From Octopus bimaculoides (lineage: Eukaryota): a stretch of DNA of 64,000 nt. Below, one piece after another: positions 53,868-64,000 of the stretch. The notes below the pieces were generated by a model. It ran no database searches. It was not told the DNA's origin and was given only the letters and a program-made list of their open reading frames with translations. The translations under genes and the position numbers were made by a program. Within the stretch, counting starts at the first letter, position 1, and every line of letters begins with the position of its first letter. The DNA lies in assembly GCF_001194135.2 (NCBI RefSeq), contig NC_068984.1:130607161-130671160 (forward strand), written 5' to 3'.

Positions 53868-54760
53868 NNNNNNNNNNNNNNNNNNNNNNNNNNNNNNNNN
53901 NNNNNNNNNNNNNNNNNNNNNNNNNNNNNNNNNNNNNNNNNNNNNNNNNNNNNNNNNNNNNNNNNNNNNNNNNNNNNNNNNNNNNNNNNNNNNNNNNNNN
54001 NNNNNNNNNNNNNNNNNNNNNNNNNNNNNNNNNNNNNNNNNNNNNNNNNNNNNNNNNNNNNNNNNNNNNNNNNNNNNNNNNNNNNNNNNNNNNNNNNNNN
54101 NNNNNNNNNNNNNNNNNNNNNNNNNNNNNNNNNNNNNNNNNNNNNNNNNNNNNNNNNNNNNNNNNNNNNNNNNNNNNNNNNNNNNNNNNNNNNNNNNNNN
54201 NNNNNNNNNNNNNNNNNNNNNNNNNNNNNNNNNNNNNNNNNNNNNNNNNNNNNNNNNNNNNNNNNNNNNNNNNNNNNNNNNNNNNNNNNNNNNNNNNNNN
54301 NNNNNNNNNNNNNNNNNNNNNNNNNNNNNNNNNNNNNNNNNNNNNNNNNNNNNNNNNNNNNNNNNNNNNNNNNNNNNNNNNNNNNNNNNNNNNNNNNNNN
54401 NNNNNNNNNNNNNNNNNNNNNNNNNNNNNNNNNNNNNNNNNNNNNNNNNNNNNNNNNNNNNNNNNNNNNNNNNNNNNNNNNNNNNNNNNNNNNNNNNNNN
54501 NNNNNNNNNNNNNNNNNNNNNNNNNNNNNNNNNNNNNNNNNNNNNNNNNNNNNNNNNNNNNNNNNNNNNNNNNNNNNNNNNNNNNNNNNNNNNNNNNNNN
54601 NNNNNNNNNNNNNNNNNNNNNNNNNNNNNNNNNNNNNNNNNNNNNNNNNNNNNNNNNNNNNNNNNNNNNNNNNNNNNNNNNNNNNNNNNNNNNNNNNNNN
54701 NNNNNNNNNNNNNNNNNNNNNNNNNNNNNNNNNNNNNNNNNNNNNNNNNNNNNNNNNNNT
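53868..54760. other. Largest assembly gap (N run). Others start at 1150, 7575, 8753, 9870, 11798, 12935, 14557, 19146, 23392, 48755 and 60569
   Basis: N runs, mostly flanked by microsatellites. Confidence 0.98.
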
Positions 54761-54902
54761 ATATATATATACATATATATATATATTTTTTAACCAAAAA
54801 ATTTGGTAAAAAATATAGTATCTGTTAACAATCTTAGCAAAAAACTCACAGTTGAGTTTTTGAATATATATCAACTTTAAATAGAGCTCAAAATTGATCC
54901 GT

Positions 54903-54933
<31 letters not shown>

Positions 54934-55559
54934 GTATATATATATTTACGTATGTATATATTTATGTATGTGTATTTGTGTCTGTGTTTGTCCCCCCATC
55001 ACACTACCACCACTACCATCACTTGACAACCAATGTTGGTATGTTTATGTCCCTGTAGCCTCGCAGTTTCTATCCAACCATAGAAGCCATGCCAAATCAG
55101 ACAATTGGAGTCTGGGCAGCTCCCCGGCTGACCAGCTCCTATCAAACTGTCCAACCTATGCCAGCATGGAAAACAGACCTTAAACAATGATGATGATGAT
55201 GATATAATATATATCACATATATATATATAAACAATCATCATCATCATCATTTAACGTTCACTTTACATGTTGGCATAAAGTAGACCTTTGACTGGAACT
55301 GGTAAGCAGGAGGGCTGCACCAGGTCTTGGTCACTTATATATATATTTCATATAGTGTGTGTATGCGTGGTATTTTGAGATGGAATGATTGCCCAGTAAT
55401 ATGTAGCATGGTATATAAGCTTGTCTGACTATCAGGAGCATGAAACTTATAGTAGCTTGTATCTAAATCCTGCATATGTTAAACAATATCTTTCTGGATG
55501 CAGTACTTTTTTTGTTGATCTCACCAATAATGGAATAGTACACAACATATATATGGAAA

Positions 55560-55925
55560 TCACTGCCAGAGCAGCGGTCTCGCTTCTGTGCCGGTGGCAC
55601 GTAAAAAGCACCATTTGAGTGCGATCGTTTCCACCTTTGCCTTACTGGCACTTGTGCTGGTGGCATGTGAACAAAACATTGGACTGACTCCTGTGCAGAT
55701 GGTATGTAAAAAACACCGTTTGAGCGTGGTCGTTGCCAATACCGCCGGTGGCACGTAAAAAGCACCCACAAAACTCTCGGAGTGGTTGGCGTTAGGAAGG
55801 GCATCCAGCTGTAGAAACTCTGCCAGATCAGATTGGAGTCTGGTGTAACCATCTGGTTCGCCAGTCCCCAGTCAAATCGTCCAACCCATTCTAGCATGGA
55901 AAGCGGATGTATGATGATGATGATG
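55560..55925 (+). mobile_element. Family D copy (sense orientation) with several, partly deleted hairpin units
   Basis: GTGCCGGTGGCACGTAAAAAGCACC repeats, then GTGGTTGGCGTTAGGAAGGGCATCCAG...GGAAAGCGGATG(ATG)n. Confidence 0.85.
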
Positions 55926-56588
55926 ATGATGATATATATATATATATATAATAATTCAAGTGAAAAAAAGAGTAATTCAAAATGATGTTATGTTTCGGTA
56001 AGCAAACATTTTATTCTATACCACATATAAAATACTTCCCTTTATAATTAACTGGAGTTTAACTGATATTTGTTCAGTTAATGAAATACTGCATTAGTCA
56101 GGTTCCTACATTAAGTGCTGACAAGATGATAGCCTGGATTGTAATTATCTCCTTACTTTATGCATATATACATATATATGTATATATATATAGTATAATT
56201 CGGGTAATAACTTCGTAGCATGCGTCATCACATTCCACCTGAGGAAGCACCCACACAAAGCTGATGCTGAAAAATATCTCATTATATAATAATTCTAAAG
56301 AATAATCTATATAATGTTATATAAATGTAAACTCAGCAACTTAAAACTGGTATCCGGTGCAGAAACAAACACTGTGAATTGCTATTAAAACCTGGTATTT
56401 TCTATCATTGGGCTATATTATTATTATTGCAGGTGTGGCTCTGTGGTAAGAAGCTTGCTTCTCAACCACATGGTTCTGGGTTCAGTCCCACTGTGTGGAA
56501 TTTTGGGCAAGTGTCTTCTACTATAGCTTTGGGCCTTCCAAAGCCTTGTGAGTGAATTTGATAGACAGAAAGTGAAAGAAGACAACCA

Positions 56589-56635
<47 letters not shown>

Positions 56636-56637
<2 letters not shown>

Positions 56638-56822
56638 AATCCCAAAAAACGAAGAACAAACACAAAAAACAACAATGCGAGGACGTAGCAGATGTAAAGT
56701 ATTAGCAGACACTCAGGGAAGAAAAGAAAGGTGGTTTAACATTTTGGGCAAAGCTCTTCGTCAGAAACAGAGGAAAGTTCAATAGAAAAGAAAGACGGAG
56801 GAAAAAAAATCGTCAACAATTA
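56636..56822 (-). mobile_element. Probable Penelope-like element pLTR fragment
   Basis: Carries a hammerhead-like core and sits inside a TA tract. The family assignment is inferred from the hammerhead. Confidence 0.5.
56734..56768 (-). ncRNA. Degenerate minimal type-I hammerhead ribozyme
   Basis: Minus strand: GTTT-CTGACGA-A-GAGC-TTT-GCCC-AAAA-TGTT-AAAC. Stem I (GTTT/AAAC) and CUGANGA are intact. GAAA has become AAAA, ACGT has become ATGT, and stem II has one mismatch. Confidence 0.6.
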
Positions 56823-57879
56823 ACGTGTGTGTGTGTGTCTTTTGTCTGTGTTTGTCCCCACCACCATTTGACAACTGGTGTTGGTGTTTACATCCCCATA
56901 ACATAGTGGTTTGGCAAAAGAGACCTATAGAATAAGTACTAGGTTTAAGAAATAAGTCCTAGGGTCAATTTGTTTGACTAAAACCCTTCAAGGCGGTCCT
57001 CCAGCATGGCCGTAGTCGAATGGCTAAAACAAGTAAAAGAAAAAAAAAGGAATAAAAAGAGTATATATATGGTATATTGTAGTCATATATGAAGTGGTAA
57101 ATTTCTATTGCTATATGTACAACTGGTAACTTCTACAAAGACATACTGTTGGAAATTACTATTGCAGTATATGTAATTGATAAATTGTGTAGTGACATTA
57201 TACAGCAGCTAACCACAATTGCAGGAATTACACTTGGTAACTCCTGCAGTGACATCTCTAACAGGAACTGCAATTACAGTGTGTGCAATTGGGAACACTA
57301 TCAGTGTCAAATGTAGCTTGAAATCTCTACTGTAGTATGTGTAACTGAGGTTTTTTTTAACTCCATCAACAGTGTCATATTGCAGCTGATGATAATGGTA
57401 GGTGGTAGATAGTGTTGGTAGTAGTCAGTGTGTGTCAAAATGGCAAGATGTTCAGCAAACACTGACGAAGACCCAAGAGAGTTCCAGCAAGCGAATAATC
57501 ACTGATATTGTTTGTTAACAGCCAACGGTGTCATTTAACGAGGACAACATCATGACAACACACTGCTATTAAATCTTGTGTTGAAGTTTTAGCTAAATGT
57601 TGTTGGAGGTATGTGTGCTCGGTTACCTCAGGCTGCTGCTGATGATGTACGAAATTGTTAGCTATTCTGCTGATGCTTGTAAATTAAACAAGTTCAAGAT
57701 GCAACATGAAGCCTTAGTGGTTTACACATCACACTTTAGTGGTGAACATATTAACACAGTACTGTATGATCCTCACAGCAGTAGAGACTACATCATCATA
57801 GTGTGGTACACATATCAGTAGTGATATGTGTACCATATCAAGGATGTTGACATTATACTTTAGAACTGGAGTGATTGAG

Positions 57880-58300
57880 GCATATCAAATTTCATCCATA
57901 TACATATCAAACCTCAATGACATATACATCAAACTTCTGCAATATACACTTCAAATTTCTGTGATATCCACATTAAATTTCCACAATGTACACATCAAGC
58001 TTCTGTGATACACATGTCAAACTCCCGTGATATCTACATCAAATTTCAGCAATATACGCATCAAACTTCTGCAATGTACACATCAGACTTCTGCAATGTA
58101 CACACCAAACTTGGGCAATATACACATCAAATTTCTGTATTATACACATCAAACTTCTGCGATATCTATATCAAACTTCTGCAATGTATACATCAAACTT
58201 CTATGATATCTACATCAAACTTCAGTAATATACACATCCAACTTTTGCAATATACACATCAAACATCAGTAACATACACATCAAGCTTCAGTGATATATT
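57880..58300. repeat. 22-bp degenerate minisatellite (~19 units)
   Basis: Consensus CATCAAACTTCTGCAAT(A/G)TACA. Confidence 0.85.
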
Positions 58301-58519
58301 TATAAAGTACTTAGGATTTTAAAATAGTGTAAATGGCAACAACAACAAAATAGTGTAGTTTCAGTTATAGAGGTGTCCACCATACATTCTCTTACAACCT
58401 CTTGCAAGCAATACACCATTCTATTAACATTATACCATCAATATTCTCATTAGAGATATCACACTGAGAGCGGAGAGGGAAATAAAAGCAAAATAAAAAA
58501 AAAGTTAAATATAATTTGG

Positions 58520-59560
58520 GATTTTTTTTCTCTTCCCAATTTATCTAAAGCTCCAAAAATACAGTGAAAACATTTCCTTGACTTCATAAGTTTAATTAAC
58601 TGGAAGAAGGAACCAGATTTTCCAAACATGGTGGAGGTGGAGGAGGGGATTGTAAGGGAAGTATATAAGGACAAGCAAACGTTATAGCATGTGGTTGGCT
58701 TTTATGAGTCATTTTAGAAGTTCAGCTCAGTTTCTAGATTGAAGGTCATCACATGTTTGGCAACTATTTGTTTAAGAAGCACAAACGGGTATGATTCCTG
58801 ACAGATATATCCATAACAACCTCCAGCTCATGTGAATCATTTTAGATCAGGGTTGAAATCCTTTCAGAGGGTGGGCTATCATAATCTAGTGATGGCCTGT
58901 CTTGGTCCAGATTTCAAAGGCTGGGTTGCAATAATGTACAGCAGCTTCTGTTTGGTAGTCAAACCAAACAGTTACATTAAAGAACCTTTTGCATCACATA
59001 TTCAGTAAGTCAAGGATACTTTTTCTCATCTCTCCTTATTTCTTTATTGCCCACAAGGGGCTAAACATAGAGGGGACAGACAAGGATAGACAAAGGGATT
59101 AAGTCGATTACATCGACCTCAGTGCATAACTGGTACTTAATTTATCGACCCCGAAAGGATGAGAGGCAAAGTCAACCTCGGCGGAATTTGAACTCAGACC
59201 GTAACGGCAGACGAAATACCACTAAGCATTTCGCCCAGCGTGCTAATGTTTCTGCCAGCTCGTCACCTTTTCTCATCTCTCCTGTGTTTTGAAACATGCT
59301 GCAAATGTTGAACCATTGCTGCAAATCCTGAAGTCGTTGAGTGACATTCCACTCAAACAGGGACACAAAAGGATTGTATCAGTATCTAAAGGACAAGTCA
59401 ATAGGCTTGCAACTTGGTACCTAGAGAAGCAATTCTATGAAGAATGGACAACTTCTGCTGAGTAATTGTTAAGATAAAAGTGCTCAGGTTTTGCTTCAGT
59501 CCAGACCCCCAGATAGATAAAAACTGAGAAGAGGTTGCAAGCAATGCTTTTATGAGAGTG
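58520..59560 (+). mobile_element. L1/Tx1-type LINE RT fossil, interrupted by a SINE
   Basis: MIPDRYIHNNLQLM; RVGYHNLVMACLGPDFKGWVAIMYSSFCLVVKPNSYIKEPF; after the SINE, NVEPLLQILKSLSDIP. Same family as 35990-36960. Confidence 0.75.
59036..59267 (-). mobile_element. Young SINE family A with 15-bp TSD
   Basis: TTTTCTCATCTCTCC at 59021-59035 and 59268-59282. Same tail subfamily as 16911. Confidence 0.9.
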
Positions 59561-59604
59561 ACACTTTTGGGCCAGCTGTATAAGCCTGCATATATCTTTT
59601 ATTT

Positions 59605-59955
59605 TTTTAATCTTTTGCTTGTTTCAGTCATTAAACTGTGGCCATGATGGGGCACCACCATGAAGAATTTTTAATCAAATGAATTGACCCCGGCACTTAT
59701 TTTCTTTTAAGCCTGGTACTTAATCTTTCAGTCTCTTTTGCCTAAACACTAAGTCACGGGGAACATAAACACACCAACACCAGTTGTGGTAGGAGACAAA
59801 CACACATGCACACACCTACATATGACAGGCTTCTTTCAATTTCTGTCAACCAAATTCACTCACAAGCCTTTGACACTTGCCCAAAGTGCCATGCAGTGAG
59901 ACTGAACCCAGAACCATGTGATTGGGAAGCAAGATTCTTACCACACAGCCATGCC
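59605..59955 (-). mobile_element. SINE family B
   Basis: Reverse copy of tail and head. Confidence 0.8.
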
Positions 59956-61329
59956 TACACCTAAGTGTGTATACATGTGCTTGTATATGCATGCATGTAA
60001 ACACTAGAATAATTATGCTGATGATGATGATGTAAGTATATATTTACAAGCATGCATGCTTAAATGTATACAAATGCAGACATTTATGCAAGTGCATATA
60101 ACAGTACCGGACAGTTGTCCTGACTACATACACTCACACACAGACACACACACATATGCAGTCATGCAGAGACAAACAGCAGTGACTCACCACACACATA
60201 TACAATGCATGAACTAAGACAGGTTGTTGTTATCCCTTTGTATGACAACAGATTCAGATTTGTTTAAATCTATACAGCTCTTATTACAATCACCACACCG
60301 CTCTCCTCCCTCCGTGTAACACCAATCACACATTTCACCCTCACCTTACTGTCCTGTCCTGTCAACAACTTGTATCCAGACTAAGCTAATTGCTTCTACT
60401 ATCACCACCATTACTACTACTACTACTACTACTACTGCAGCTGCCATCATCACCTATGTTATTATAGGTTTCTACTACTCCTACTATCACTCAACAACTA
60501 AAGCCATCCCCTACAAGTGCTCAACTACCAACACAAAACCCCTGCTACTACCAACGCCCCCCCCCCCCNNNNNNNNNNNNNCCACTATCATTTCTGCTGC
60601 TAACCATATCAGCGTCACCACCACCACCACCACAACAACAACAACGACTGACCATGTTATTATTTCTACTGCTCCTGCAACTACAACTATCCCTCAACAA
60701 CTAAAACTACCTCTACTACTGGCACTCAACAACCAATACAAACCTCCTACTACAACTGGCACTGCTACTATTTCTACTACTATCTATGTTACTACTGCTG
60801 CTTCTGCCACTACTACTACTGTTGCTACCACTGTGGACTATATTATTTCTACTACTACTACTACTACTACTGCAGCTGTTGCTTCCACTGTCACCACCAC
60901 CACCACCACCAACTACAAACACAAAACCTCTAACTATCACCAACACCCCTATCATTCCAACTACTACCCATATTACTGCCACTACTATTACGACTACTAC
61001 TACTGCTACTAACTTGAGGCTATGGTTGTTGTAAGGTAAGAGTCAGAATCCTACGAAATTAGGGGTGGTCTGCTGGTGGGGTTGGAATTTGCACAAAAGC
61101 TTCAGTACCAGGTTCAGCAAGAGAAGAAAAGGCTTTACATTTTGTTTGTCTCTTTGCACTAATATATTCAATCTCAGCAAATTGGAGGTAAACTTTGACC
61201 ATTTAGACACTAAATGTTGGGTAAGAGGCCCAATAAACTAAGTACCATCAGCCCATACTAGTGTTCAATCAGCTCCCAATAATCCCTTTCTACTACCACA
61301 AATATGAGGCTTGTGTCAAACAAAACATC

Positions 61330-61880
61330 ATTATCATCATTTAACATCCGCTTTCCATGCTAGCACGGGTTGGACGATTTGACTGAGGTCTGGTGAACCA
61401 GATAGCTACACCAGGCTCCAATTTGATCTGGCAGAGTTTCTACAGCTGGTTGCCCTTCCTAACGCCAACCATTCCGAGATTGTAGTGGGTGCTTTTATGT
61501 GCCACCGGCACGAAGGCCAGTCAGAAGATACTGGCAACGGCTATGCTCGAAATGGTGTATTTTACATGCCACCTGCACAGGAGCCAGTCCAGCGGTACTG
61601 GCAACGAACTCGCTCGAATGTCTTTTCACATGTCACTGGCACAAGTGCCAAGAAGGCGACGTTGGTAACGATCACACTCAAATAGTGCTATTTATGTGCC
61701 ACAGGCATGGAAGCCAGACAGCTGATGCTCTGGCAACGATCACGCTCGGACGGTGCTCTTAGTGATCTACTGGTACAGATGTCATCATGATTTCGCTTTC
61801 GCTTGCCCCAAAAGGTCTTCGCAAGCTGAGTTTAGTGTTCAATGAAGAGACGTTGGTATGGGTGCCAGTCTACAAATTTA
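61330..61880 (-). mobile_element. Longest family D copy (four or more hairpin units plus extra 5' sequence)
   Basis: Tail at 61330, units from ~61490 to ~61770, unique extension to ~61880. Confidence 0.85.
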
Positions 61881-63600
61881 GTTTCGAAGATGAAATTAAG
61901 AATCAGACAATATTTTAATTACAATTACAACAATGGAATGAAATTTCTTCATGCCTATTTCACAAATTCCAGGCAAAATTTGTGCTAAATTTGAAGTCCA
62001 AACTCACAACAACCTAAATGTTGATGGGGGTGGTGATTGGACAATATAAAAAGCATTGCTAAGTCCTGAGGTCAACCATCTTTTCCACCCAGCTGGTAAC
62101 AGCACTTCAGATGGTTCTGTGAATGTCTTCAAATTACAGGCAAGCCCTTGACATTATTCCACTTCACAGAGAAATATTTGTTCCATGGAAGTTGATTCAA
62201 GTAGTTCTTCATTTGAAAACTTGACACTAAAAACATTTAGAAAATTTTTTTTTTCCTTTTGCTTTTAAACCGGATAAGTTTTGAGACTAACATTTTCAAT
62301 ATTGATGGCGAGGGGGCGAATGACGGATTAACGAGCCCAACAAATCGATTAAACAGATACACTGATACAGACACACATATATAGACACACACGCGCACAC
62401 ACAAACACGAGTACATATTCATTTGAACACAGACACATACACACTTAAACACAGACAGATATACACACAAATATGCAATGTTCACAAATACAAAAACACA
62501 GAAATATACAAACGCATACATATATTCACATACATATATACAAGCATACAGACACACAAACATACAGATACATAAACAAAATCAAAAATACAAATTCTGC
62601 AAAAATAAATCACACATGCACACACACACACACACAAACAAGCAAACACACAAAATATTGACAGAGAAGCCATGCAGACGTTTCATTTTCCAATAGTATC
62701 TTCACAACATCACCTTCTACTGATGTTTGCTGCTCATTAAGATATTTCTAAGGTTTTTTTTTTTGTCATTCTATAACTGTGTTTGCATCTAACAACAACC
62801 ACTACTACCATAGCCTACACTACTGATGCTACCATCATCACCACCGCCACCACTACTATTACAACAATCCACACCACCACCTCCAAAATCTCCCCATCAT
62901 CACCACCACTACCATCACTGCCGCCATGACTATCACTACCATTATTACTACCACAACGACGACGACGACGACGACGACCACCACCACCACCACCATCACC
63001 CCCTACTTCCACCACCATTCTCAGCATCATTGACACTTTTGTGTCCTCTGTTTACTGCCAAAGAATATGTTACATTGGTAAACACAAAACCAGATTTCCT
63101 TATGTCTTTCCTATTAGTTACTTCTTCCAAGAATCTCAACGGTTTCCAAAGTTTCAAATGTCCACTTCCCACTCAGTTCTTGTTTATTCTTCCTCATTTT
63201 GAACTCAGATCTGATGGTCTCTGGAAAACTCAGCTATTCAGGTCAAGAAGAAGTTGACCAAGATTGCTTGGTCGATTGCTAAGGCAGTTGACCAAGATTG
63301 CTTAGATATGTCGAGCCTCTTGCCAGACACTTCTATTTCTGGGTTCTCTTAGTTGGGATGAACAGGTTCATTTTTGATATAATCTGGTAATGGTCTATCC
63401 AGCAGTTAGCACTGCATATGGCCTTTGCAACCCCATATTCAGTTGATCAATCAATCTGATGATGACATAGTCAAAGAGATACCAAATCTTGCACAGAGGT
63501 CTATCTTCAAGATGTTGTTATGAGTAGACAGAGGGAAAATAGTATTGACAACAGATAGCTTATAGACAACAGGCATCCCGAAAAGCAGGATCCTGCCAAG
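61880..63600 (-). mobile_element. Very old L1/Tx1-type LINE C-terminal fragments (61880-62230 and 63060-63600) split by microsatellites
   Basis: Remnants MPVVYKLSV, SSDLSSK*GRINK and LSNAFYIVQ resemble the post-RT region of Tx1-like ORF2. The match is weak. Confidence 0.4.
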
Positions 63601-63624
63601 GCAAAAATAAGATTTTATATGTAA

Positions 63625-64000
63625 GCACAGACGTGGCTGTATGGTTAAGAAGCTTGCTTTGTAATCATGTGGTTTTGAGTTCAGTCCTACTGTTGTGGTA
63701 CCTTGGGCAAGAGTCTTCTGCTATAGTCATGGGCCAACCAATGCCTTGTGAGTGAATTTGGAAGATTGAAACTGTGTAGAAGCCCACTGTGTGTGTGTGT
63801 ATTTGAGTTTCTCCCCACTATCATTTGACAACCATTGTTGGTTTGTTTATATCCCCATAACTAAGTGGTTCAGCCAACGACATCAGTAAGATAAGCACCA
63901 GACTTAAAAAAACAAAATAACTACTGGGGTTTATTGTTTGACTAAACCATTCAAGGCAGTGCCCCAATATGGCCACAGTTAAATGACTGAAACAAGTAAA
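63625..64000 (+). mobile_element. SINE family B, to the end of the window
   Basis: GGCTGTATGGTTAAGAAGCTTGC...CCTTGGGCAAGAGTC...GACTGAAACAAGTAAA. Confidence 0.8.

Larger units (their letters stand above)
56428..57045 (+). mobile_element. SINE family B with a foreign insert in its (TA)n
   Basis: Head 56428-56635 and tail 56825-57045. Confidence 0.85.

Noticed and set aside
53610-54874. Long ORFs of 200-395 aa spanning N runs (also at 8465, 9392, 14352 and 48342)
   Set aside because: The length comes from X residues in assembly gaps.
57630-57660. CTGATGA...GAAA hammerhead-like core
   Set aside because: Only 5 nt lie between the cores, so no stem II can form, and there is no stem I pairing.
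60400-61020. Thr/Pro-rich mucin-like coding potential with duplicated blocks
   Set aside because: Mixed (ACT)/(ACC) trinucleotide repeats with stops and no exon structure.

Overview
This is animal (metazoan) genomic DNA from a gapped draft assembly. It is AT-rich, full of microsatellites and dominated by tRNA-derived SINEs, RTE and L1/Tx1-type LINE fossils and MITEs. The repeat families are most consistent with an octopus/coleoid cephalopod genome (inference from recall, not a search). I found only one convincing protein-coding exon: 73 bp on the minus strand (42867-42939), encoding SLDYDRSGLTKMKKSIKALYNSGS, which matches the N-terminal BAR domain of ASAP-family ArfGAPs. The window therefore appears to be two very large ASAP introns flanking that exon. 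Almost all ORFs in the supplied track are microsatellite or N-gap artefacts. The most interesting non-genic items are: an RTE-tailed non-autonomous element with an ordered array of ~63-bp double-hairpin units; a CpG-decayed minimal hammerhead ribozyme in a probable Penelope-like fragment; a head-to-head telomere-like repeat; stacked, nested and inverted SINEs; and a weak candidate in-frame cassette exon. I see no CRISPR array, rRNA, true tRNA or clear-cut novel multi-gene system. Repeat boundaries are approximate (within tens of bp) unless TSDs or TIRs are quoted.
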